Assembly: GCA_904063045.1 (NCBI GenBank)
Contig: CAJFCJ010000008.1
Span: forward strand, 992,001-1,056,000
Direction: 5' to 3'
From: Dimorphilus gyrociliatus
Taxonomy: Eukaryota > Animalia > Annelida
DNA: 64,000 nt
How positions within the stretch are numbered: the first letter of the stretch is position 1; each line of letters starts with the position of its first letter. The notes under the pieces were generated by a model. It saw only the letters and a list, made by a program, of their open reading frames with translations, made no database searches and had not been told where the DNA came from. The position numbers and the translations under genes were made by a program. Positions 1 through 12,000 of this stretch are shown piece after piece.

Positions 1-330
1 GTTTTTTTAAGCTTTTTGTTGTCTTCGTTAAATGGCAGAAGATGAGTTTCTGGTACTACACGGTCCCAGCTAAATACAAATGTATCTTTCAGAATTATGA
101 ATATTCAAAATAAATTTTTACCTGTTATTCCAGCCTAGGAAGTGTACTTTATAACATTTTTTTTTCATAATGCTTCCAGCTGTGAAACATGAGAGAATCT
201 GAAGAAAGCTCGAAATTAAAGTTTCCATTAAAAATTGAATGATCGTTCTAACCCTGGCTTCATAGAGAACCCTTGCTTTTGTGGGGTCAGGCTCAAAACA
301 AAAAGCTTTTTGACCCTCAGCAAAGTCCAT
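1..330 (-). CDS. MSL3: Male-specific lethal 3 homolog, 5' part (chromo-barrel domain); gene continues beyond window start
   Basis: Spliced translation MDFAEGQKAFCFEPDPTKARVLYEAR|ILSC...YKVHFLGWNN|SWDRVVPETHLLPFNEDNKKL matches the MSL3 signature CFEPDPTKARVLY...HF.GWN.SWDR; GT-AG introns (e.g. 70-121) keep the frame. Confidence 0.9.
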
Positions 331-635
331 GACAAACTCATATATAGAGTAGATTATATATAAGCAGAAGTTTAGTAATTTCTTTTACAACTAAAAGAAA
401 TTATTTGTAAAAAAGAAAAAACGGTATAAATTCGTAACATTTAAGAACTTGATTTATTTTCGTATTATAGTCAATATTTTTAAGCTCATTAAAATGTTTA
501 ATATAGCAATTTACAGATTTATTTTTCATTAATATAAAAATATTTCTATATTTATACGAAAAGGCTAAAATGTCTGTCCTGTAGTTGAAGTCTATAAACT
601 TGGTAAAGCTGAACATTCGATTCTAATAAAATACA

Positions 636-2547
636 ATGGCTAGCTTAGGAAAAGCCGGAGGTTTAGTGAGAATCCTGACAGGTTAGCGCACTACTTCTAT
701 GCACGATATGATTACAAACTGTGACGCTAAAGTAATACTTTGAATACTGTTTTTGACCTTCGAAAACTACGTTTACAACATTGATTGTTTGAAATAATTT
801 TTTGATATAATAGTCTTGCTAAAATCACTTCACAACTGTTTTTCAGGAAGTCTACCAAAATCTTCACCTGTTTTGACTTCTGTTCGATTTAATCAAACCG
901 ATGCAAAGAAAGAAAAGGTAAATAATTTTAAATAAATCGGCTAAATAATAGATAATCATAATTGCTTACTATAGACCACCTTCGGCAACCTTAAAGATGA
1001 GGATAGAATTTTTACAAATCTTTATGGAAGACATGATTGGAGATTAAAAGGTGCAAAGTCCAGGGTAAGCAAACATTTTAATTAGAATTAACCTTTTTTA
1101 CTGATAATGATGTATTGTTTAATTTTTCAGGGCGACTGGTACAAAACAAGAGAAATTATGGACAAGGGAATTGAGTGGATCCAAAAAGAAATCACTACGT
1201 CTGGCCTAAGAGGAAGAGGAGGTGCCGGTTTCCCAACTGGAATGAAATGGAGTTTTATGAATCGTCCCGACGATGGAAGGTAATTCAGGATTTTCAATAA
1301 GAATTTAACTAGGCTTGCTATCAATAATTATTGAACGTGTTTTCTTAGGCCAAAATACTTAGTAGTGAATGCTGATGAAGGAGAACCAGGAACATGTAAA
1401 GATAGGGAAATAATGAGACATGATCCACATAAACTTATAGAAGGCTGTCTTATTGCTGGCAAAGCAATGGGAGCTAGAGCAGGTTGGTTAAGGAAATAAT
1501 GCTTTTACAATCCATAATTGTTTACGCATTCTAGCATATATTTATATTCGTGGCGAGTTCTATTATGAGGCATCGAACATGAATGCCGCAATTAAAGAGG
1601 CTTATGACGCTGGTCTCATCGGTAAAAATGCTTGTAATTCGGGCTATGACTTTGATGTTTACATGCATCGTGGAGCTGGAGCTTATATTTGTGGTGAAGA
1701 AACCGCCCTCATTGAGTCTTTAGAGGGAAAGCAAGGCAAGCCCCGTCTTAAGCCCCCCTTCCCTGCTGACGTCGGCGTTTTCGGTTGTCCTACCACTGTG
1801 AACAACGTTGAAACCATAGCTGTTGCTCCAACTATTTGCAGAAGAGGTGGAGAGTGGTTTGCTCAGTTTGGAAGGGATAGAAATAGGGGAACTAAGCTTT
1901 TTAATATATCTGGTCATGTGAATAATCCTTGTACCGTAGAAGAAGAAATGAGCGTACCTTTGAAAGACCTTATTGAAAGGCATGCTGGAGGAGTTAGAGG
2001 TGGTTGGGATAATTTGTTAGCTATTATTCCTGGTGGAAGTTCTGTTCCATTGCTTCCAAAGAGTATCTGTGACGATGTCCTTATGGACTTTGATGCTCTT
2101 GTTCAGGCTCAATCCGGTTTAGGAACAGCAGCTATAATCGTTATGAATAAGCAAGCGGACGTTGTCAGATGTATATCCCGTTTAATCGATTTCTATAAAC
2201 ATGAAAGTTGCGGCCAATGCACCCCCTGCAGAGAAGGAGTACACTGGATGAAGAAAATGATGACTAGATTCGTTACCGGAAACGCTAAAGTTGAAGAAAT
2301 CGATATGTTATGGGAAATAAGTAAACAAATTGAGGGACATTCAATCTGCGCTCTTGGAGACGGAGCAGCTTGGCCCGTACAGGTATAGAACTTTTCCTAA
2401 AAATTACTATATTTATAATCTGAAATAGTTAATAATCTTTTAAATCACTTGCAGGGACTTATTCGCCATTTCCGCCCCTTGTTAGAACAGCGATTCAAAG
2501 ACTATGAAAAATCGCAAGAATTACAGCAATCTGCCCAAACTATTTGA
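636..2547 (+). CDS. NDUFV1: NADH dehydrogenase (ubiquinone) flavoprotein 1, 51 kDa complex I subunit, multi-exon
   Basis: [46 protein letters not shown] and the 4Fe-4S motif [13 protein letters not shown]...ICALG; ATG at 636 with presequence-like exons; TGA at 2545-2547. Confidence 0.98.
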
Positions 2548-2625
2548 AATAAAACGTTTACAAACTGTTTATAGCTAACGAATGTTCTTTGTGAAAAATC
2601 TATTTAAATAGAAAACAATTAGTAA

Positions 2626-3092
2626 TTAGACAATTATCTCTTCACTCATTTCAACACCTGGATTAAACGTAATAGAACTTGAAAAATGTAAGCTTTCACT
2701 CTCTTCGTATAAATTCTCCACAGCAGCAGTTCTTCTAAAACTTTGAACACTTTCATTTAACGACGTATCCTCTAATAAATCTGGTAAAGAGTTGACATGT
2801 CTGACATTCCTGCTAGATACTATTGGTTCAGGCTTGACGAGATTCTCGCAACTATCATAAGACAATTGATTCTTAACAAAATGAGAGCACTCCCTTAATA
2901 ATTGCTTGCACTGCTGAAGAGTATTTAAAATTCGCTTATCTTGTACTTGCATTTGTTGCTGTAAAATAAGATGTTCCAGAATAACGTATTATTATCCACT
3001 TGAAAACTTACCAGTTCGCTTCGAATTTTCTGCATCATTACAGATATCTTTTTAGCGCTTTGGCATAATTTATCTTCGTTACATTCGGCCAT
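2626..3092 (-). CDS. Uncharacterised 137-aa protein with N-terminal helical/coiled-coil segment (2 exons)
   Basis: Exon 3092-3012 (MAECNEDKLCQSAKKISVMMQKIRSEL, donor GTAAGT) joins in phase 0 to exon 2958-2626 (acceptor TTTTACAG, QQMQVQDKRILNTL...). No family recognised with confidence. Confidence 0.6.
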
Positions 3093-3966
3093 AATATTAT
3101 GAGGCTGTATACACCTTAAAACTGTCCGTAACAAAGTGAGAATAAAACACAATTTTACGCCCGGCTGTTCCCTTATAATGATGGGTTATACACCATTACG
3201 TAATCAGTATGAAGACATGCTTTCATTCTTTCAATGTTTGCTATTGTATTGAACTGGTGTCTTAATGGAAAATAATTAATTAAAAAGTTTTAACTCAGAT
3301 TTGCCATTTAACAACTCTCCTGTCTGATTATATAGTACGAGTGTTCCTCACTATGAGCCACTCTCAAGTCGGACAATCATTCAAAAGGCGACATGTTGAA
3401 CTATACGAATTCCTTGAATATTTATAGCTGTTAAATATCAAACACCTGTCAGCACGAGCCTTTGTGCCTGGATTTTCTACCAAAATCCCAATAAAGGTTA
3501 TGAACTTAGACATGATTAGGGATTTAAAATCAACCTTTTCTAACCCTAATTCTTTTTCAAAGTTTAATGAAATAGATCTTAAAGTTTCATTCTTGAGCAT
3601 AGAAATTCCTGAAAAGTATTTGGTATACGTCAACATATTTTTTAAAGAAAGCTCACGATACCTTCGCCCCCTCCCATCCCTCCAGTCGATTACAGAGACA
3701 TCTTCAATTAAAAGCTATTGTATCAACTCGTTGGTCAGTCGTTCTAGTCAAAGGAATAAATTAAACGATTTTGTTAAATGACTATTATTCAGTCTTGATT
3801 TTTAATTGTTCTAAATTTGTAACTGTAAAATAAATAAATGCGGAACTAAGCAACGCGTGATCATACGAGATTTTGCGTGGCTTTGCTTATGATCAGTGAT
3901 CAGAGCTGTCTTGTAGCTGAAAGATAATTTTCGCTGCGATCGGACGGTTTTTCCTTAAATTTAAAA

Positions 3967-6501
3967 ATGACGATTTACACTTCAAAACGTGTGGATAAGA
4001 AAGCTGATAAAAATGAGCTGGAGGCTGAGGAGATTTTGGACGCTTTAGTAAGTATTATATAATTTAACATATTGCGTTTTAAGAAGTGACTGGTCTCTTG
4101 ACTTTTTAAGCGTCATTTACAATTGATATATCTTAAACTACATTCAATTCTATTTTATCTCAAAATATGTATGTAAATACAACCAACATACATCACTTAT
4201 TATTTATTATAGTAAATGAAAGTGTGATGTAACTATGGCAACGATTGTAATCTTTAAAAAATTCCATCCTCGAAAAAGAATAAAAGCTCTTACTTAATTT
4301 AAAAATTCATTAATTGAACAAACTTCCTATTGAGTCATGTTTTTTTTCACCATTGTGAATACTCCAGCTTATATATTAGTATATATATAATATGTATTTG
4401 TCATGTATTTCTTATTGACTTTAATTCAAATAGGCAGAAAAGCAATTATTGGCTAAACAGAATGAGGATGCTCCAAAAGTTCATGCCCATATTGTACGAA
4501 TCTCGGACGACCTGATTCGAAGAAGACGAATGGCTTTAAGATTGGTCGTAATTAGCGCGGCAATTGTGTGCTCTGTCGTTGCCGTTTTCGGAGGAGTTTA
4601 TTTGTATTGGCGCATGTCACACGGGGTAAGTAAACAATGTAATAGCACCTACTATCTCTAGACCATTCACACTTTTACTTTTATTCTTTCGCATCTTATA
4701 GACATTTAAAGGATACTACGGCGTGCAATACTATTCTGAAGAATTTAAAGAAAATCAACACATTTCTCATCAGTCGCAGAAAATGTTGTCAGCAAATCAG
4801 ATGAGAAATCCTCATCGTCTCGAGGAACATATTGAAATTGATAAGGCTACGGGAGCTTTCGAGAAAATTGAAATACCTCATTTTGAAGCTTTTCGACAGG
4901 CAACCATTTTACATGATTTTGAAAAGGTATGTATTGATACAATCTTGTTTGTGACACTTTCTCACCCCAAATTGGAAAAGCGTTAGATTTTAAGTACCTC
5001 TTCTTCTGTCGGGTCCCATAGCCCTATTCAATCAATTGTTTTCTTTGAATTCCGTTTAACGGAAAATGTCATTTGTGCTTTCACTTTCACTTAAATTTTA
5101 TAGAGGTTCCAATTAAAGAATAAAAAGGAAATTTTTGTTTTTTTCGACTGCCGTAATCTGTGAAAAGGTCATAGAGATAAATGGACTGTTATCTGTATAT
5201 ACCTCCGCCGAACAGTTCACTTTTATTACTTTTCAAGATAAGACCTCAAGAATCGAATGAGTAAGTGCAGTATATTGATTAAAGTTCTTTTGAAATTGAA
5301 TAAAAAAAAGGTAGAGCTTGGCCTATGCCAAAGCAAAGTAAGCCTGAGCCTTTTGAACCCTTTTCATTGACTCTCATTGTGGCGATTTTTCAAGATACAA
5401 AGTAAAGTGTGAAACTGAATGGCTCTTATGTCGATTAGATTAGTTGGCAGTATTTATTGTGAGACTTTTGAGGAATGTTTGTGTGTTTATTTAAACGATA
5501 AATTTATAGTGGAGACATCTGCTTCATATCAATCGATATAGATTGAATATCTGACCCTTTTTCCTCAAATCAACAAGTAATTTAACCGTTAGCCATTTTC
5601 CTGTAGAGTTCATTCTCCTCACTTATATTATATTTTTTCATCTGATTTAAGGGCACACAGTGTACTATTATGCGAAATTATGCTTGTTTAAGTTGAACAT
5701 AAGCCTTATTCAGCTTGCGAATTGTCTGTCGTGTATTGTAAAGGCTTTACTTCAGCATTAACTGGTTCATGCTATATTTATATATTTGAGCCCTTCTACT
5801 CTTTGGTCAACAATACTTATTTGATTTATTGCAGAATCTAACGGCGATCGTCGACAAGAAAGTGCACAGATGTTTTATAATGTCACTTGATAGACGAAGC
5901 GTGAAACCGCCTAAGGATTTCTGGGACCTACTTCGAAAAGCAAAGGTAATGTTTTCTAAAAGCAAGAGTGGTAATTCGACTAGACCATTGCCTAGAAGCG
6001 ACCAAAGCAATTTAGAAAAGCAATAAGTTAAAGCATTACAAATAACACCATGTAATCGATAACGTATAACAAGATCCGTTTTCAATTTGTATACACTCAT
6101 TATTCTTTAACACGAAATTCGATAAACGAACATGAATAAATTCATTTTTACAATACAACCTACTTTTTTCAGCAAGGGTATTACTTGCCCAAAGCCTCTA
6201 TGGTCAGGAGAAAATTTAGAGTTTCTCAACATCCAATAAAGGATGTTCACAAACTTGGATACTACATTTGGAGAGAATGTAAGGACAATTTTGCGACTTA
6301 TCGACTGAAACCTTATGGCTTACCCTACGGTAATTTATTTTTATAACCTTTTACAATATTGTACTTAAACATTCTAATAAAAACCTTATTTATTATTTTT
6401 CTTTTACAGCTTTGTCGAAGAGATCTGTTTCAAATCGCATGGAATATTTCTCTGGTTCTGCCGGAACAGACGTAGTTATAGCTTTTACTATATTACTTTA
6501 A
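3967..6501 (+). CDS. ITM2: Integral membrane protein 2 (ITM2/BRI family), type II membrane BRICHOS-domain protein
   Basis: Exons from 3967 (MTIYTSKR...), a TM segment (LVVISAAIVCSVVAVFGGVYLYW), ILHDFEK|NLTAIVD...RCFIM.L...PPKDFWDLL, a second BRICHOS Cys (WRECKD), a basic KR site near the C-terminus and TAA at 6499-6501. Confidence 0.87.
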
Positions 6502-6560
6502 TGAGATATATTGGAAACTACTAAGAAACCTACAGTTGACTTATGTGTATAAGTATGCAC

Positions 6561-6601
6561 ATATCTATATATATATATATATAATGTAGTACATATGTAT
6601 G

Positions 6602-6635
<34 letters not shown>

Positions 6636-6650
6636 AGTACATATGTATAT
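6561..6650. repeat. Imperfect (TA)n low-complexity tract downstream of ITM2
   Basis: Runs of TATATA visible at about 6566-6582 and 6602-6636. Confidence 0.8.
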
Positions 6651-6842
6651 TTTTAACCTTTAAACAGTGTATATAAAGTATATGGTACATGCCAATGTAC
6701 TTATACTGTACACAAAAACAGTGTAAAAAAATTTATTTAATATATACTTTATAAAACGCTTTACATTTTTAATTTTCAAAAAAATCAAATCTTAATACTC
6801 TGATTTAAGGAGAACAGTTGCTAAATAAGCATATTAAATAGC

Positions 6843-6873
<31 letters not shown>

Positions 6874-7542
6874 GCTTCATAAAAGAATTTGCTTTTTTCG
6901 TCGTTTTTATGGTAACAATTAAAAAACGATGTTAGTTAAAAGCAAGAAAAAAAAATTGCTAATTAAGTTGTATATATACATATACTGTATTCTATAGGAA
7001 TATGCATAAATATATAGTGTTATATTTAAATATTAAAAATGTATAATTTATATATTTTCGTATATATATATATATTACATATATATGTATATATAAATAG
7101 TTTATTGTCTGATATAGCCGTTTTTCATCTTTATTTTGTTTAAATTGACAAGTCGATTCAGAACGTTTTCCACCGCCTGTTATGCACATAAACGTAGTTT
7201 TGTCTCTGCGTAATGTAAATTTCAGATTTTGGTGTTATAAAAATAAAATAAAATTAAAAAAATGTGTTTCGCCTTCCTGACATTACCGATTCGGAAGTTT
7301 TTATAATGCTTTCAGCCTCATATTGGCATCCTATCCCTAATTAGAATATCTTATAGGTCGATTATACCGTCTGGATGCCTTATTGATTATTCAAATTATC
7401 ATCTTCTCTTTTTGTTTTCTTACGGTTTTATTTTACTATTTTGATTTTATATTTTAAAAATAAATAAATCGGAAGACAGTACTATATAACAATAAAAATG
7501 CGGCCTTATAAGTCTTATAGAAGTTTTAATCTCAATTTGTAA

Positions 7543-8712
7543 TTATTTCTCTTCAAAAATTAGATTCCAACCCATTTGACTCAATAATTTATAACTGAAC
7601 TTTGACTCTAATATTCTAACTAGTCTCTTCGCAGGAATTCTATTATGTATTATTTCACAGATGATGAAAGATGGTCGATATCCCAAGGTAAGAAATTTTA
7701 GTAATATTTTATCACTGGTTCCCTCTGTGTCTACTGAAAGGAGGGCAAATTTTTTGGGTATGTTGTGAGCTTTTACGAAATTTCCAACCGAAATTCCATT
7801 AACCACCACGACCTTTTCCCCTCCATGTCTTCTTATTCCAGTATTTATGCGAAAATTCTCCATTTGAACGCTATCTCTTCCCATAGCCATTTCAATATCA
7901 CCGTCAGTTTCTTCAGTCAAGGCGGCTGGCACATAAATTATTTTTTGACTTCCATCATTATAAGGATCAATTATATTTTCATGGTTAATCTTTGCAATAT
8001 TTAATTGAGAAGTTATTGGTTCAATTAAAGTTGCATTCCAGCCTAATTCTATGAAATTAAAAGAATTGCTTGACAATATGCCATCATTGGCCCCAACGTC
8101 TATAACAAGCTTATTAAAATCTCGCTTTTCCATCATGTTTTTTTGAAGTATTCCTGTTCATTGACAATATAATTCTTATTATTAAAAATACCATGGAAGA
8201 ACAGTTTAGCACGAAAAAACACTTTAGAATTTATTAATTACTTTAACTATTTTAAACATTTGCTCTCTTGAAACAAATTTGTACTTTAGGGTCTTGTTAG
8301 TGTTGTCTAAGATTAATATGACAGTATTTATTGTTTACAAAAAAAGAAATTCACTTTGAAGGTAACTGTAAATTTTTTGCTTACTTTTGTAAATAAATAA
8401 CATCTCGCCATTCTGTGACACGTCAACGTTAAAAGTTGATAATCCATTCCTTCCGATAGAGAATAATCTACCAACGGTTTCGGATTTTATGCGAACTAGA
8501 CCTCTATGTTTTAGCGATGATAGCAGCCTGGACACGGTGTGAGTCTCCGATAAAGCTTCAAGCAAGCTTTTACCTGGAGGTGGAGATAGTTGATGTATAA
8601 CTGAAGATATTTTCCAATAAGATGTGAGGCCAATAAAAGATATTATAGCTAAATTTAAAGCAAAAGTAGTCAATACAATGACTGATAGCTTAGATGCTCG
8701 AAATCGTGCCAT
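7543..8712 (-). CDS. Type II membrane protein with FkbM/Methyltransf_21 SAM-dependent methyltransferase domain (Star-like architecture)
   Basis: Exon 8712-8385 has an N-terminal hydrophobic anchor (VIVLTTFALNLAIISFIGL) and splices in phase 1 (GTAAGC...AACAG) to exon 8153-7543 carrying VIDVGANDG...SNS...GW...LIEP and LLSVDTEG, typical FkbM motifs. The exact donor is uncertain. Confidence 0.72.
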
Positions 8713-9047
8713 GGTACTATATTATCGCTCATTCATGGTGACCAATTACCGAAAATATAAATTGTTTCCTTGTTAAAAAGTGAAGTCCATCAAGTATTTG
8801 CGAACTAAATATTGTATTGATGGAACCTATATAAACTGTATTTTTAAAAAATCGGGACAAAACAAGTTATTGCTATATGAAATTCTCAGAATGCGCAAAT
8901 CAGAAGCAAAGGAAGAGTATAACTGAAATATCTAAGATGCAAATAAGAGTTGCACACGCGGATAATTAATTACAAACTTATTTAAAATGTTTTTTTTTTT
9001 TTCAAAAAGATTTTTTAAAACTATTTTTGAAAAAAAGCAGGGTTTAT

Positions 9048-12000
9048 TCACTCGGCAGCCTCCTCAGCTTGAGGTTCGGCGTGATTCTCTTCCTCTCCTT
9101 CTTTTTCAACGTATTGCGGAAGGCCAGCGTCATCCCAAACAACTGCCCGTTTAGGATTTATGCGTGGGGCGGGATATCCATAAACTGGCCCTGCAAATAC
9201 GACTTTTCGCGACACATAGTTTCGCTTATCCTTTTGTCTTTCGTATTTGCTGTACATTTCAATTTTGGCGGGACATCCTGCGAAAAGCTCCTGCATTTTA
9301 TCCGCTTCGTCAGATACTTGTACTTTCTTGCCCTTTCCACCCTTTGTCATTTGACGTGCTTTTTCGGCCAATTCCATCATCTGTTAAAGTTCAAATTATT
9401 TATTTAGAAATGAATATATGAATCAAAAACTAAATATACAAACGTCGTATTGTTGGCGTTTGAATCTGACTTCCAGATCATATTTTTCACTTTCTAGACG
9501 ATAGATCAAATTGTGCAATTCCTTAGCTTTTTCAGATAATTTAGAAGAATCAAAACCAGAAATTTCCAGTTTTTGAATTCTTTGGGCTAATGTATTTCTC
9601 TTCTCATTTTCAATTTGTTCCTTTGTCTTTTGTCCAGTTATAGCACCGTCCGTCTGTAGTTTTTATTAAGAATTTAGTATTTTTATTCTAATTACATGTA
9701 TAATAAGTCTCGTTAGCGTAGGCTAGCTGATCCGGAAAACTCAAATTATGCACAATTATTTCTCATGTATTTACTCTTTACTATATCAATTTATTAAATG
9801 AATTGGAAAAATTAGTAGCTATATTTTTCTTTCATTGAAAAAATTGACATAATATTCTAGAAGAGTTATAGTATCATTACCAAAAATGAACATATTTTTA
9901 TTGGTATTCCATAATAGGCCTATTTTTTTGTTCATTCTTTTTATTATTTTAGCTATTCTGGTTTTCTAGATTTCTTTTTTTTTTAGATAATAGACCTTGA
10001 CAGCTAGACTGCTCTAACTAGTGCTAATAGAATACGTGCAAGAAAAAACCCAATACTAAAAACTAGCCAGTAATCAACGTGCTCGAAGCTAGCAAATTAG
10101 AGAAACATAACGGAAAATAAAAATTAAATAAACAAATTCTCTTAAAATCAATTAATCGATCGCTTATTTAAATAGATAACCAATCGATTCGCGAAACAAG
10201 TCGTAGTTTAGTAGCAAAAGATTACTTTAGTGGTAGATATAATTTTTTTTTGCTTGAAAAGGAAAACAAATTATGGATAGAAACTTTTTCGAAGCTTCAC
10301 CGTTTGTTTTTTTCCCCCATCCGATTATTAATAGGTTAATGTAAAAAAAAAAAGACCTCTTTATCAGCTACCTCCGAAGATCCTCCTCCTTCGCCTGCTT
10401 TCTTTGTGATAACGAAATTTGGTTTAGGTGGGTTCTTCCATTTTTGCATCTCAGCCATTTTCTTTTCGCGGGCCTCCCTACGTTCAGCTTCCAAGCTATC
10501 CTTCTGTCTTCTCCTCTCCTCTTCCTCAGCTTTTCGTCTAGCTTCTTCCTCAGCTCTTCTCTCAGCCATTCTCCTTTCTTCCTCTTCACGTTCCTTCTTT
10601 CGTTGTTCCTATATGTTTGCAGGAAAAAGATTAGATGAGACTAGTTTTATTCTTATTTCATTTTTTATAATTATTATATGTTCAATATTTTGTATTTAAA
10701 TTTCTTATCCTACGTTTCTCTTCCGTAATTCTTGTATTTCTTCTTCCATTTGTTCTCTTTCTCTCTTATTATCTTCTAACATTGCCTCTGCATCTTCGTC
10801 CAATCCAACAGTTTGAATTTGTCTGCGTTTCTGCCGAAAAAAAAGAGAAATTACTTACCCTTCTCCTACGAAGGATTTCAATTTCCTCCTCCTCTTTCTC
10901 TCTTTCTAAACGGCTCTGCTCCAAAACTTCCCTGGTAAATTCATCCAAACCTTGACCTTCAAATTCTGATCGCCATTGTTGGCGCCGACGCTGAGATATT
11001 ATTTTTATTACTTTTAATGTTTATTTACTCTAATAATAAAGTGTGTTTTTTCAAACTTATTCATTATATTTAATAAAAAGAAGGGAACTTTCAATTTTTT
11101 CAATGATTTCCTTTTTTTTTTTAAAGAAAAAAAAGATCATTGAAAATAAAATTTATAAAACGAAAAAAAAAGAAAATATCAAGAGAAAAATGTCTAGTTT
11201 TCGTATCGTATTCTTTTTATAAAAAGAATCTTTTATCAAAATCTTTTTGTAACTTTGGTCAAACAAAATCATTATTGATATAATAGAATAATATTAGCTT
11301 AAGTATATCTTTAGTTAATGATTATTCTTGAATTTTACACAAAAAGTAGTGTAAATAGAATCATCTATCAGTGTAGAATAGAATATTCCATATATGGTAA
11401 AGAGAAAAGAACAGCTATATTCTTTTTTTAAGAACGCTACGTCGAAATTTCAATATGGCAACATTCTCGCTAATTGAAACCCGAAATATTACTTATGCTA
11501 CAATATAAACGAAAATAGTTTTCTAGGCAACAAATAGGTTCAAATTCTGACAGTAAATTGCAAGAAGAAGAATATATGTAAATATATATATTGCTTACGG
11601 ATTGAAATGAAAAAGGTTACTTTTTCTCTTCCTTAACGCCATCTATAGGCGAAAACAAGTTAAAAAACGTTTGCCGGTCTAATTTTACCTTGAGGGAAGC
11701 TGGAAGGTAATGTTGTGTGGGTTAGGTATTTAATGATTAAAGTGTAAAAAAAGATAAACTTTAATCATTAAAAAGACATAACTGTTTCTAGCCATTGAAT
11801 TATTGAAGCAAAGCCGTTTAGGAGAGTTGTTTTAATGATTAAAACTAAAGTTTTAATCATTTACTAAACTTTGAGAGAAAAGTTATAGATCAAAAACTCT
11901 TTGCGAAGAATCTGCATACCTGCATAGCCAATTCCGCCTCGGATGGTCCGCTGTCCTCTACTGGAGCCGATCTAATTTACATGAATTTATAAGTAATGAA

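Noticed and set aside
7155-7380. Possible small spliced minus-strand gene (…GIGCQYEAESIIKTSES|RQNYVYVHNRRWKTF*)
   Set aside because: I could not find an upstream exon or start without an in-frame stop; not supportable without transcripts.
8242-8306. Possible middle exon of the FkbM-like gene (AG...GT bounded, 65 nt)
   Set aside because: Its length is not a multiple of 3 and it breaks the phase-1 junction that joins 8385 directly to 8153.
9995-10030. Possible extra troponin T microexon (AG-AGCAGTCTAGCTGTCAAG-GT)
   Set aside because: Weak splice sites and several competing AGs; cannot be distinguished from chance.
9027-10699. Several + strand and alternative-frame ORFs (9027, 9158, 9164, 10368, 10406, 10444)
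   Set aside because: Shadows of purine-rich troponin T exons; no independent signal.
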